A DNA stretch of 63,994 nt, filler included, from Bonamia ostreae (GCA_040357525.1; 14 parts of 14 records of this genome joined end to end with filler, not necessarily neighbours in it); one strand, 5' to 3'. Positions 26,033 to 41,373 are shown, numbered from the whole stretch's first letter. Numbers and translations are program-made. The notes: generated by a model from the sequence alone, not told the origin.

Positions 26033-27555
26033 ATGGAATCCGATTCTTTCGACGACGACGACTTCGAAGACGTCACCGGCGCGCTGAGGGCTCTCGACGT
26101 CACCGGGAATGCCGAGTCGCCCTTCGCGTCGATGACTTTGGCCGAGCTCGCCCTGTTCGCGAGAGAAAAAACCGAGCGCTTCGCGCGAAAGCAAAACCTG
26201 TCGGGGGATTGCGCCGAGCTGGTTCTGAAGCAAATCGGCTTCGACGAGTCCAAGTACTCGCCAGAAATGGCCGAGCTCGCGGCGAAAATCGACGCGAAAC
26301 TAAATAGCATCGATATTGATCGACGCGGAAAGCCGCGGATCTGCAAGATCTGCTGCGGGGACTTGTCCGAAGCGGTTTCCGGGGTCCCGTGTGGCCATCG
26401 GTTCTGCGGCGAGTGTTGGAAACAGTATCTCGAGACGGCGATGCAGACGAGCGGGATCAACGCGGCGAAGGTCGCGTGCCCGTTTTACGGCTGCAACTCG
26501 ATTCTGCTGTCGTCTTTTCTGGACACAGTTCTGGCCGATGAGACGCGGGCGCGCTACGAGCGGTTCTGCGCCGACTTTTTCGTCTTCCACTCGGAAGACG
26601 CCATCGACTGCGTCAACCCGAAATGCGACCTCTTCGTCTGTAGAACCGGCGGCGATGGGCGGCGGCACGGACGATGCAAATGCGGCGCGCTGTTTTGGTT
26701 GTTTCAGCCATTTTTAGCTTCGTCTGCGAAGCGGAGGACCACCGGCCCGCGACCTGCGCGCAAGTTTTTTTTGCCACCGAAGCGCTCCGCGTGGGAGAAG
26801 AAGTACGAGAGCGAGTCGAGTTCGGCCAGCTACTTGCTGGTGAACACGAAGCTCTGCCCCAACTGCGGCTCGCGGATCGAGAAGAACAAGGGCTGCAACC
26901 ACATGGCTTGCTTCAACTGCCGCCACGAGTTCTGCTGGGTCTGCCAGCGCGACTGGACGGAACACAGTTTGCACTTTAACTCGCAGACGCCAAGACGGGC
27001 GGCTTCTACAGATGCAACGTCTACAGAGAGCTGAAGCTGAAAGGGGAACTGGGGCGGGATAAGAAGAGGCAAAAGTCTGCGAAGTACTTGTTCTATTACC
27101 TGCGGTACCAGAACCACGAGCAGTCGCTCAAGTTCGCGCAGAGAAACCTGTCGGACCTGGAAGCGAAGATCTCGCTCTTGTGGAAGACGGACGACGAGTC
27201 CTGCTGGAGCGACTTTGACTATCTGCGCGACGCGCTGCTGACCGTAACCAAAGTTTTTTCGGGCGTTGTAGTGTCGCAAGCTGCTAAAGTACACCTACAT
27301 CGCGGGATACTTCATGGAGGAGTCGCCTGAGAAAGAGTTGTTCGAGTACTTGCAACAAGACTTGGAGAAAAACACAGTTTTTTGTCTGAATTAATTCTGC
27401 GAAGGAAGCGTTGCACGGACTGGTAGAGGCTCCCGCGGAAAAACTGGATCGAAGCGCGATAACTAGTCAATCTGGATTAGCCAAAAACGTTTCTTAAAAA
27501 ACCAAAACAGTTTTCAGAGAATTTGTTGAAGGCGGACACCGAAAGTCATAATTAA
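26033..27555 (+). CDS. Ariadne-family RBR E3 ubiquitin ligase, 6 introns of 19-28 nt
   Basis: RING1 CKICC...CGHRFCGECW; IBR; RING2 NTKLCPNCGSRIEKNKGCNHMAC...HEFCWVC; Ariadne domain YYLRYQNHEQS, CRKLLKYTY. Confidence 0.95.
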
Positions 27556-27715
27556 ATATTTTAGAGATTTTAGATTTTTTTCGATTGTTCTTGTTACTAA
27601 AACAAAATTTTTAGANNNNNNNNNNNNNNNNNNNNNNNNNNNNNNNNNNNNNNNNNNNNTTAATTAATTAANNNNNNNNNNNNNNNNNNNNNNNNNNNNN
27701 NNNNNNNNNNNNNNN

Positions 27716-28367
27716 TTTTGGCAGAGGTAAACAGTTTATTGTTTTTCTGCACTTTGACATTGTAACAACAAGGGCAGAGCCATTGATTACGCCGAAAGCA
27801 AAGGAGTGCTTTGCGTAGCTTCTTCTGGTAACCACACCCGATCCACAAAATGGGAAGATGTCGATGTGGCTTACCCAGCTTTCTACTCCGAAGTGCTTTC
27901 GGTTGCCGCCATTAATTTTGATGCGCGAAAAGGATCATTGAACTTTGACGAAACCAAATTTTCCTATCGCAACAGTCAAGTCGACTTGTGCGCCAACGGC
28001 GTCAATGTTACTTCGACGGTACCCGGTAACCGTTATGGAATTTTAAGTGGGACATCCATGGCTGGTTAAATTAATACAATTAACAAAGCTCCGCATGCCT
28101 CAGGATATGCAGCATTGTTGCTACAAAAGGCCAGACTGTTGTTGGAAAACACAAGTTTTGTAAATTTGTTAATTTTCAGGCCATGGAATCGGCAATTTGT
28201 TTACACTGGTGAAAACTCACACGATACCGATAGATGTGAATCATTTAATCGACGATGACGGGATCGACGTTATAACTGGAGCCGGGTTGGTTTCCGTCTA
28301 TCCGGAAATTCCCAAAAAAGACGAAAACGGGAATTTTTACTTTGAGAATCTGTTCAAGGTGATGTAA
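27716..28367 (+). CDS. Subtilisin-family (S8A) serine protease, 3' fragment with introns
   Basis: AIDYAESKGVLCVASSGN, YPAFYSEVLSVAAI, VDLCANG and catalytic SGTSMAAPHASG. Confidence 0.92.
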
Positions 28368-28508
28368 CTCACTTCATTAAAACTTTAATTTCCGTTATAT
28401 CTATTATAGTCAAAATAATTTGGCATCAATAATCTTTAATATCGCGTTTTTTAAATGAAAACAAAGCGCTAATTTTAAAAACGGCAAATTTAAAAGAAAT
28501 AACCGAAA

Positions 28509-29228
28509 ATGTACATGACGATAGCTTTTTTTATTTTATCAATATACGACAATTTAACCTTCGTAGGAATTGTTGTCTTCAACGAGAAATTTTTGAGTTC
28601 AGCCTATATACTAACAAAATTGTCGATGGTTTTACTGATTTTCGCATCATCCGGTTCTTTTGGTTTCACAGACCATCATTTCTCAATTGGAACAACAAAT
28701 TTATTTTATTCTGTTTATTTGTTAGTTATTTTTCTACATGTACTTAACTTATTGGTATTGTTACTGAGAAAATATTTAAAAATGTTCCGTTTTGCGAGTT
28801 TTCTGTATTGCACTCCGCTTGTGATTTGTTCTAATTTGTTTATTTTCCGTGAAAAGGATTCTTTTGTTTTGGTAAAAACGATCGTTTCTATTTTCGGAAC
28901 TATTTTTTGTGTGATTTTATTTGTGATGACATTTATCTTGGGGCCATTGGTTCTAAGAATGAACGTCAATGTTTCGGAGATAACAACAAAAAAGTTTGCG
29001 AAGAGAGTTATTTTTTGGCGGATTCAATCGGTTCTTATTTTTGGTAATTTTTTGATCGAATTGATCGAGAATTTTGCTGTTTTGAATCGGAATCTGATCG
29101 ACGAGAAATTGGTCTTTAAGTGTAAAATTTTTTATCTGTTGTTTTATCTTTGTTCTGTTATTAACATTAACATCTTTTATAATTGTTACACCGAAATTGC
29201 TGAAGAAGAGGTTGGGGAGTTTTACTAA
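28509..29228 (+). CDS. Hypothetical multi-pass membrane protein
   Basis: 239-aa ORF with about 6-7 hydrophobic stretches. Confidence 0.6.
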   Translation: MYMTIAFFILSIYDNLTFVGIVVFNEKFLSSAYILTKLSMVLLIFASSGSFGFTDHHFSIGTTNLFYSVYLLVIFLHVLNLLVLLLRKYLKMFRFASFLYCTPLVICSNLFIFREKDSFVLVKTIVSIFGTIFCVILFVMTFILGPLVLRMNVNVSEITTKKFAKRVIFWRIQSVLIFGNFLIELIENFAVLNRNLIDEKLVFKCKIFYLLFYLCSVININIFYNCYTEIAEEEVGEFY

Positions 29229-29290
29229 ATGTTTAGCTATTTTGTATTCAAGTCTTGAACAACAACAAATAAGACCAATAATTTAATCTA

Positions 29291-30909
29291 CTATCTTTTC
29301 AGCTTATCAAGTTTACTCGCAAATTCGACATTGTTCGCTCTCACCAATTCTTTGTGCTCAATGTAGCACAGAAAAAGAGTAAGCACCATCGCATGGATGA
29401 CATACAACAGCGTCACAGACCCAGAAAAATAGAGCTTTTGTCACAAATAAAAACCATCGCGGCGATGAGACAATAGAAAACGTTATCAGCAATCCCGACA
29501 CGTTCAAAAACAACTTTACAAACAAAGAAGACGATGAGCGCACCGGAAAAAGCGCACGCGTTTATGAGAATTTTTGTTGTGACGTAAGTAATTATCGAGC
29601 CATTCGGATTCTTCATCGTTTTTTTCGTCGCTTTGTAGGACTTTGCGAAGTTGTTTCTGTCGATTGCGACGTGCACCAAGAGCAACTCGCTCAGCAATTT
29701 GACGATTGCTTCCAAGAAGTCGAGGATCGCGCCGCAGATGCAGCCGAGATAAGTGTTTACCTCGTAGAACAGCTGCTTCAGAACCGCGACCAAGATCTCG
29801 ACGAGAGTGATGATAAGCGTTACTAAAGAGATTGTGCCGAGGCTCCCGGAAAGAATTTTCGTGGCGGAATCAGCCAGTTTTTTCTTCTTGCGAGCCATTT
29901 TTTCGAGGAAAATGCTCGCGGCGAACTCGGAACAAATTGTGAATTGCAAGTAGAAAACGGTTCGATACGTCCATATCGACGTAAAAGATATCAGAATTAA
30001 GTAAAGGACATATAAACGCGCTTTGTTGATTCGAATGAAGTAATAATAACTGGAAATCGTTAGGATCGTTACGATTATCTGAATTTTTGGGATTGGCGTT
30101 AGAAAAGAAAACGAGGATTGAGTTAAAAAAGAGGGAGAGATAGACGATTTCGATGTGTTTTGTAATGATCAGCGATGCTAGTTTTAAATAAAGCGCTGTC
30201 AATTCTATTTGTCTGCAGACCGCGAGGAAAACGAAAACAATGAAGATCAAGCTGACGATTGCAGAAAGTATTAAAAAAGAAGTTCTTCTCGTGTCTTTAT
30301 TTACAAAAATAATAGATTTTAAAAACAAAAGACAAAAATCAGAATGAAGCTGGCGACGATGCTGGCTGCGTAGACGACCAGAATGCAGTAAAGAGAACAC
30401 AAAGGTTTGTGTTTGAAAATAAAGATGAGAGCTATCCCAACAATGTACGAAAGCAAGATCACTCCAACTTTAAATTTGGATTTAAATTTGGAGACATTTT
30501 TGGACAATAAATTTGGATTTAAATTTGGAGACATTTTTGGACAATAAATTTGGATTTAAATTNNNNNNNNNNNNNNNNNNNNNNNNNNNNNNNNNNNNNN
30601 NNNNNNNNNNNNNNNNNNNNNNNNNNNNNNNNNNNNNNNNNNNNNNNNNNNNNNNNNNNNNNTGGAGACATTTTTGGACAATAAATTTGATTGCGATAAA
30701 AAAAAACCGAAAAGCAAATAAATCCCTCTCGGAAAAGTCCTCAAATTTCCCGATTTGAGAACATTTACAAAATTGTATATTGACCATACCACAAAAGCGA
30801 TTGCGTTCAAAGCGAAAAGTCCCAACCAAACAGGGTCTCTGCAGCGCTTCGAAGGTTTTGTGTTGCGATCATCGTTTACGAAATTATTTTGCGCTTCGTA
30901 GTCATTCAT
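29291..30909 (-). CDS. Choline transporter-like (CTL/SLC44/Pns1) protein
   Basis: KRCRDPVWLGLF, GSLGTISL, HVAIDRNNFAKSYK and spliced TLFLCYIEH. An N gap lies inside intron 1. Confidence 0.8.
30470..30690. repeat. 37-bp tandem repeat in the CTL intron, spanning an N gap
   Basis: Copies of tttaaatttggagacatttttggacaataaatttgga. Confidence 0.88.
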
Positions 30910-31429
30910 AGTTTATGAAATTATGATATAATTTTGAAATATGAGTTTTCTGGAAAAATATCAAAAAATGGAAAAATATCAAAAAATGGAAAAATAATTA
31001 GAGTCAAAATTAGATAATCGTTTATGTCTATCTTATTCCCGCAAACAAAAATTAAATCTTTGTAACAAGTCAAAATTTTGAAAACGTAATTTTAACTTTT
31101 TTTACAATATCTCTCAAGTCTTGTTGTGACCGATTTTCCAGTTTGTCTACAAAAATTTATTTTCGTCGACTGTTAACCGACTCGCCAATTTCAACTAAAT
31201 TTTTGCCACCGGTTTTGTTTTGTGTTCTTTTCGCATTTGAAGACGGCGATTGTTCCTTTCGTATTTTGAAGCAAACTTTCAATGTTTTCCGCGACGGCAA
31301 TTTTCTAGTTTGGTTCAAGTTTAAAATTCGATTTCGAGTTCCTGGTTAATTGTCAACTTTTCAACCGCTTTAAATTTTATCCGCTCGAAATATATTATTT
31401 TCCTTAAAATCAGAAATCCTTCGCAAATA

Positions 31430-32104
31430 ATGGCAACAACCCCAAAAAACGACATTGGAATAATAGCAATCGAAAGCTATTTTCCACGATTTTACGTCGA
31501 ACAAAACGAAATCGGCTTTTATAAAAACTAATTTTTTCTATAAAATTTGTTAAACAATAAAATTTTTGTTAAACAATAAAATTTTAGAAGAACACTACAA
31601 AATACCAAAAGGAAAGTGCACAATTGGACTCGGACAATCCGGAGTATGTTTTGTAAACGACAGAGAAGACGTCGTCTCAATGGCGTTAACTGGTAACAAA
31701 TCAAATTCCGCCAAAAAATTAAGTGTTTTCGAAACTAATGGCGTCATATAAAATCGATTACAAGAACGTCGGCAGATTGGAAGTGGCCACTGAGACTATC
31801 CAAGACCACTCAAAATCGATAAAAACGTTTTTGATGCAGCTTTTCCGCGAAAGTGGAAACTTCAACGTGGAAGGGATCGATAGCACGAACGCTTGTTACG
31901 CGGCGACGAACGCCTTTTTCAATTCGGTGGCGTGGATAGAAAGTTCAGATTGGAATGGCAAGTACGCCATTGTTGTTTCCGTGGACATCGCAGAATACGA
32001 AAATGGGCCGGCGCGTCCGACGGGCGGGTAACTTTTTCTGAATAAAAGAGCTGGAGCAGTTGCGTTTCTCGTTGGGCCGCAATCGAACATTGTTTTCGAA
32101 AAAC
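31430..32104 (+). CDS. HMGCS: Hydroxymethylglutaryl-CoA synthase, 3' truncated
   Basis: IGIIAIESYFP, GKCTIGLGQ, VGRLEVATETIQDHSKSIKT, EGIDSTNACY, GPARPTGGAGAVA. Confidence 0.96.
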
Positions 32105-32310
32105 GTTTAAGATTTTTAATTGATAAAATTTAATTCGTAAAAAAATGGTAAAAAGGAATTGACAAAAATAAAATTAAAAAATGGTAAAAATAAAATTAAA
32201 AAATGCTAAANNNNNNNNNNNNNNNNNNNNNNNNNNNNNNNNNNNNNNNNNNNNTTAATTAATTAANNNNNNNNNNNNNNNNNNNNNNNNNNNNNNNNNN
32301 NNNNNNNNNN

Positions 32311-32485
32311 ATATCGACTAAAAACAATCTTGCAAAATTTTTAAATATCGACTAAAAACAATCTTGCAAAATTTTTAAATATCGTCTAAAAACAATCTTG
32401 CAAAATTTTTAAATATCGACTAAAAACAATCTTGCAAAATTTTTAAATATCGACTAAAAACAATCTTATAACAATCTTGCAAAAA
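32311..32485. repeat. About 36-bp tandem repeat, intronic in the TTI1-like gene
   Basis: About 5 copies of atatcgactaaaaacaatcttgcaaaatttttaa. Confidence 0.92.
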
Positions 32486-32493
32486 TTAAAAAC

Positions 32494-35400
32494 CTTCGAA
32501 ACAAGTTAAAACTTTCAAACAACCAAAAATTTCAGCCGCCAATTGGTAATCCGGCTCGTTTTTATACCCTTTTTCGCCACTTCTGTTGCCACTCTTTAAA
32601 ACGTTAAAATTCCTTAAAATAGTCTTCAAAATAGGCCAAAGTTCAGTTTCAAATCGATTTCTAAGAAAATTTTCGCTAAGTAAAAGCATCTTAGCCAAAC
32701 AATTAAAAGCTTTCTTGACGACAATTTTGTTTGAATGGCGAAAATCGTCTTTAAGATACGGCCATGTCTTTGATATCATTGGCAACAATGAATTTTGTTC
32801 TGTTGAAAGCAGTTGTATTGAGCAAGACAGAATTTCCAAAGAAATAATTTTTATGGTCAAGAATGGACAAGAAAAGTATGGGAGACAGTTTAGTAAATGT
32901 TTTTCAATTGTTTTTAGCCATTTCTCATCGATTTTTTGGCTAATTTTAATCGATTTTGTGGAATTTTGGTTATTTTTATTTATAATTACTAAATTATTTT
33001 CGTTTTGGTCAAATTTTGGCGATTTTTCAAAATTTTCATCGATAAAATTATTTTCGTTTTGGTCGAATTTTGGCGATTTTTCAAAATTTTCGCCGATAAA
33101 ATTATTTTCGTTTTGGTCAAATTTTGACGATTTTTTGTTAACAAAATAATCAAAAACATCTTTTGGAGAATAGAATATTTTATCATTTTTTACCACATTT
33201 TTATTATCAATAAAATTGTCATCAATAAAATTTGGCCCGAAAACAATTTTGACCAAATTAATATTGAAAGCCAAAACAAATTTGCAGTAATTTTCGATTT
33301 TAATAGCGCTTAATAAATTTTGACTTAAATTAAATGTGGCCAAATTTTCAAAAATTTTATCTAAAAATTTTGGATAAAATTTTATTGATATTTTTGGATT
33401 TGTTAATATTGAAAAGATGTAGTTGTTGTCACTTTCGATAGTGTTGTTACTGTTACCAAAATTAATTGAATAAATTGAGTTGGAGATAATATTATCAAAA
33501 TTAATTGAGAACATTCTTTCGATTGATCCGTAGCAATTTTTACCAATTGTTTCTAATGTTTTTATTGCAATCTTTTTTATAAAAACATTATATTTGACTT
33601 AATTTTGATAAAAAGAATTTATTTTGTTCCATTTTTAGCGACAAAAATTATAAATTTAGATAAAATTTAACGACAAAATTTATAAAAATTACAAAAATTT
33701 TAACATTTTTAACAAATGGATCATAACTTCCAGTAAATTTAAAGACGTTAATTACAATTTCCATTAAATCTATTTCGGAGACGTCTTTAAAATTTTCAAA
33801 AATCAATCCGATCCCTTCTAAAATGGTTGAAATTAGTACTTTTTTAATTAAAATTTGACAATTTTAACAATTTGTTTCCGCGGAAGATTTTTCGTTTTCA
33901 AGCATTTTCGAGTATTTTGAATAAATTTTAGACAAATTATTCTTCGATTTGTAAAAAAGTGGACTTATCAAATTGTTTACAAATACAATTTTTTCTACTT
34001 TTATCTTATTTTCGTTCAAATAAAAATTTATTATGTTTTCGGATCTTTAAGTGAAATTTTTTATTTTTGGCCATTTTATTAAAAATTGTTTGAACATAAA
34101 TTGCTTAAATAATAACAATTCCGAAGAGCAACCATCTACAACAATTTGTCCAAATCTGTTAAAATCAATATTATCGTCAAATCGAAAATCTCTGAGAACA
34201 GAAGATTTGTTAAGATTTAACCAAAAAATGTCAAAAATGGCTTTAAAATATTTTGCGTCTAAAATTAGAAAATTTATAAATTCGGAGTCAAAACAGTTCG
34301 CCATTTTTAGCAAACCGCAAAATTGTTTTTTTGCCATTTTTTGTTGGTCTTCCGTCATCGATTTAATGTTGTCAGAAAGTTCTAACAGATATTTCGTCGT
34401 AACCGACATTATTTTTTCTTTTAATGTAAAATTTAATTCGAAATTTTTTGCAATTTTATCAAATTTAATCAAATCTCTCCACTTTAATGGATTTTTTTGT
34501 GGAATTTTGTCCATTAAATAATTTTCATTATAAAACTTTGTAATTTTTTATCAACAAAAATATAATTTTTTAGCTTAAATATGCATGAAATTTCTCGTAC
34601 TTTCGGGAAATCGTCTTCCGTGGAAAAAAGGATATATCGAAGCAGCAAAGTTTTTGATTTGAGGTCGAAAGAGTTGTAGCAATGCAACAAGATATTTCCC
34701 GCTGATTTTGTCAGATATTTCCTAGAACGCCATTCCGATTTTGATGGAAAATTGTTTATGTCGAAAATAAGTTCAAATCGCCTTTTAAGCTTCGACAATG
34801 TTATATCAAGCCAATCATCTTTCTTTGATTCGTTGTTCAATGTCAAAATGCATAAGATTTGAATAGCCTTCGACGCCATTTTGAAGTTTCTGTGGCCCTT
34901 TTTTGTTAAATAAATGTTTCATTGATCTTTAACCAATTTTATCGATTTGCCCTTACACAAAACGACTGTTAGAGCAGAGAAGATTCCGGGAAAAAATTCT
35001 CTGAGTTTTTGGAGATTGTCTGTCATTTTGTATTTGTGTAAGTTCAGATCTATTGGGTATACCAACAACTCGCAATACTGTAAAGATTATTTAAATTACA
35101 GTGACAATGATTCGAAGGCTCTCAAAAACCAATTCTTTGTCTTCGTTGAATTTTACCAAATCGCAAATAGACCAAATCAAATATCCAAAACAAACTTTTG
35201 TGTCGTCATTCGTCATCAACACTTTTTCTCGTCTAAAAATTTATAACAAAACAGCTTAGTTTCTTTAGATATGTTTCTTATGATTAAAAATATGCATTTT
35301 AAGCAACATTTTCTGAGATCATCAGAATTGTTTTTAGTGTCAATGTTGCCGGAAAGGTGAAGATTTGTGATATTTGCAATAAAATGCAAATTCTTCTTAA

Positions 35401-35656
35401 AGCCTAATATATTGCATTTAGTTAAAAGAATCGCAAATGATTTATAAAGGGATATCGAATCGTTTTCTTTTATAATTTTAGGGGAGAATTTTTTTGGGGA
35501 CAAAATGGCATCTTCAAAGGGTAGAAATAGCAATTGGTGATTTTCAGAATTAATTTTTTGGCGTTTCGATTTTAATGCGAAAGCCAATTTATTAAAATTT
35601 TCAACTGATTTATCAGTCAATAAATTTATCATTATCGATTTGATATCGTCGTCCAT
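32494..35656 (-). CDS. TTI1: TELO2-interacting protein 1-like HEAT-repeat protein, 3' truncated
   Basis: FFPGIFSALT, DWLDITLSKL, LLHCYNSF...EDDFPKVR, LLPMISKTWPYL and FLRNRFETELWP resemble TTI1 blocks. It contains three in-frame 54-nt repeats at about 32990-33130. Confidence 0.72.
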
Positions 35657-35734
35657 TTTAAAGCAAACAAAGATGTCTGGCTAAATTTGCCAATGTACAC
35701 AAAAATATTAATTATATTAAAATACTTTTTAGGA

Positions 35735-36605
35735 ATGTCGATAAAGTCAATATTCACCGACAATTTTTCAGATTTTGGCGAAAATATCGCTAAAAATCAA
35801 ATCGATCAGTCAATGGAAAAGCTTCAAACTGATTTTGAGCTTACAAATTATAAAAGTTATTTCGCTGTTGACAATATTTACGTTTTTAAGAAACTATCCA
35901 TTCTTCTGTTTCCTTTCCAAAACAAAGTTTTTAGTCATTCAAAATTTAAAGCTTCGTTTATTGTAACCGACTATATGGCTATAAGCTATTATTTTTGCGA
36001 AAATATTTCTTGATTTTAATGTCTAATTATATTTCTAGCTTTTAATGTCCAATTATATTTTAATGTCTCTTAAAAAGGAATGGGCGAGAAAGCTATCCGT
36101 AAACGACCAAGGAGAAAACATTTATTATCTTCCCAAAGAAGACAAAAATGCTTTTGATCTGTACATTCCGATAATGGCTTTTGTCACTTATATATTGCTG
36201 TCAGCTATAAAAACGGGACTTTCAGGGCCCACATTTACACCAGAATTTCTTTTGAAAACAACAAGTTCATCTTTAATCGCGTTCTCAATTGAATTGGTAT
36301 TACTAAAAATTTTCCTTCATATTTCCAAAAGTGATCTTTCGGTCATCGATGCGATATCAATGGCAGGATACAAATTTGTTGCCGTAAATACGACGATTTT
36401 GTTCTATCTTGTAACTGGACACATCGGTTACTATCTCGCGTGGGTCTACTCAACCGCAGCACTTGTTTTCTATATGAAAAACGCATATGCAAACGGGTTT
36501 TCTGAAAACAAAAAGGGCAGCGTTGGCCACAATTCTAAAGTTGCGGGTTTCGGGATTGCTGAACTAATACTTCAATCTTTGTTGATTTTGTACTATGGGA
36601 TTTGA
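35735..36605 (+). CDS. YIF1: YIF1 ER-Golgi transport protein (possible extra micro-exon at 35673)
   Basis: KSYFAVDNIYVFKKLSILLFPF, PKEDKNAFDLYIPIMAFVTYILL, AGYKFV. Confidence 0.93.
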
Positions 36606-36894
36606 TTTCAAGATTAAATTTGTCGATTTTTTATTTTCTACTCCGTTTATTTTTATTTCTCACTGAAAATGAGATATTAACAGCAAAAAATAAAAAAGAG
36701 CAAAATTGTTTATTAAAAAAATTTTGCAATTTTATTTTTTTGCAATTGATTTTTAACGATAAATTTTTTGCAATTGATTTTTAGCGATAAATTTNNNNNN
36801 NNNNNNNNNNNNNNNNNNNNNNNNNNNNNNNNNNNNNNTTAATTAATTAANNNNNNNNNNNNNNNNNNNNNNNNNNNNNNNNNNNNNNNNNNNN

Positions 36895-37241
36895 TCAAAC
36901 CACACGAAACTATAAAATTTGATTCAGAAGACCAATCGAGAGAAGAAACAATCGAATCGTGCTATTTTAAAATAAAAATTTGCAAAAACATTTTCGATTT
37001 TAAACATTTTTTTTAATTTTTTTAGCGATTTTATGGAATTTAAAATTTTGATAAATTAAAGTTTGCAATAAACTTCTTTGAGCGTATGAATTTTTTTCCA
37101 CTTTTCAGCAGTTTCTGAAAGATTTGAAATCTGATAGATGAAAATGGTGTTGGAATTGGGAGAAAGAGCGATTTGGCTAAAATCGCCGTTAAAAGCGCTA
37201 CAACTTACAACGCTTTCGATTCTGTGCTTTGCTATAGACAT
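36895..37241 (-). CDS. ARPC1: Arp2/3 complex subunit 1 (p41), 5' fragment
   Basis: SCSAFNGDFSQIALSPNSNTIFIY...HTLKE|HDSIVSSLDWSSESNFIVSCG. Confidence 0.88.
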
Positions 37242-37887
37242 TTTGGGGAATGCAGTGTTTTTAAATTTGGCTTATTATATAACGATTCTGCATATTTCAC
37301 TGAAGTTAGCTTAACACTTAATTTAGCATTTTTTTTATTAAAATTAAAGGAGATTTCTCAGTAAAATCTGAGTTACGTTTTTTTAAACATATCTGCCAAA
37401 AAAATGACTTTAATGCGTTCAACTAAATGCACGGATAGATTTCGGTGGAAAAATCGGTGACAAAATCGGCGGAAAAAATTTAATTGTTGACGAATATGTT
37501 ACTAGTCGACGAAAATACTATAGATTATAAAACTCAATAGATTGTTAGAGCAAAATGTGGAGAAACAAAAGAGTTTTTTGTAGAGAAAGTCGATTGTCGA
37601 TCATCAAAAATTGTAAAATTTGGAAAAATCGTTTCGAGAAATTGTTTTAGTTATAAAATATCAGCCAAATTTAAAATTGTTTTTAATTGTTTAGCGAAAG
37701 AATGGAACAAAAATTATTTCTATATAAAAGATGGAAATTGTTTGTTTTCAGCATCCTCTATCATTTTTTATATTTTAAAAAGAATAATATTTTTTCGGAC
37801 AACCTAAGTTTGTTTAAATTTTAAAGATATTATTGCAACTCTGTTTCAATTATAATTTTATAAAGATCATTTTACTCATCACAAAAC

Positions 37888-40183
<2,296 letters not shown>

Positions 40184-40280
40184 TTTTAGTTTTTAAGTTT
40201 TGGATAAGTTTGCTATTAGGCCAGTTCCATCTAATGATTTTGTTCATTTTTCGATATTAATAGTTCGCTAATCTAAATTG

Positions 40281-41373
40281 ATGTCCATCGAATCGAGCGA
40301 ACTGAAGCGATTGTTTGCAACTGGCAAATACCAAAAAGCGCTGGAACGTTTTAACGAACTTCAAGAATCGAAGACCATTTTCAAAACTGCGAAAAACAGC
40401 TTTTTCGCTTTGCATCTCAAAATTATTTTGAAATTGACCAACAGAAAAGAAATCGACTCATTTTATTTTATCGATCAACTTTGTTATCTATTTTTGTCCA
40501 ACACAAAATTGGAAAATTTTTAATATTTTTGTTGAAGACAATCTCAAGAAAAGTACGCTTGAACGGAATCCAAAAGTAGAAAAAAGTACTTTCGATTGTT
40601 TGAACTACAACATTGTTCAAAAAACTAATTTTTAGAGTTTGCTAAAACTAAACGCCGGACATTTAAAAGACTCGGAGAATATATGCAAAGAAATCGTCAG
40701 CTCATCGAAAAACGAAATGTTTCTGAAATCGATTTATATCTTGTTGGACATTTACTTTCTCTGCAAAAGCAACGAAAAAATCGAATATTTTTTGGAGAAA
40801 CTGAAAGACAAATCGCTATTGACCGATTTGCGCAAAAATAAAAAAATCGCCGAAAAATCGGATTTTGAAGATCGCGCCCATTTGATTTGGGCGTTCTATT
40901 ATCTCTCTCGTTTTAGTGTCGTTACAAAAAATTTTGACGAGGCGGAAAAACATTTAAACCAATCTTTCCAAGTTTTTGCAAAGTTAAAATTGCGAAGATA
41001 ATGAAAAAATTGTCGAACAACAAAATCGCGGATCACAACATAAAAAATGTCTTAAAAATTCAAAAAATCAGGATAAGTTATTTTAATGGCCAATACGACG
41101 ACGCTCTGGACGAAATTAAACAGCTTTTGTCAAATTTTAGGAAGAACGGGATGACCAAAATGGAAGGAGCGATAAGAAACAATTTTGGCTGCGTTTTGTT
41201 TAAAATGGACAAAAAAGAAAGCGCCAAAAAAATTTTCTTCAATTTGGTTTTTTTGTGTTTTGACTTTCTGCAAAGTCGCTTAAAAATGGCAAATTGAATT
41301 ACAATAAAAAAAAGTTGGCCAAATATAACGAAACTGCTTTGAACGATTTCAAAGATTCGTGTTGTTACGATTA
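40281..41373 (+). CDS. TPR-like protein resembling CCR4-NOT subunit CNOT10, 3' truncated
   Basis: FATGKYQKAL, CLNYNI, ILLDIY, ISYFNGQYDDAL and IRNNFGCVLFKM occur in the order of CNOT10 blocks. Confidence 0.55.

Noticed and set aside
25802-27294. Long antisense ORFs over Ariadne (and over UBA2)
   Set aside because: Shadow ORFs of GC-rich coding sequence with no recognisable motifs.
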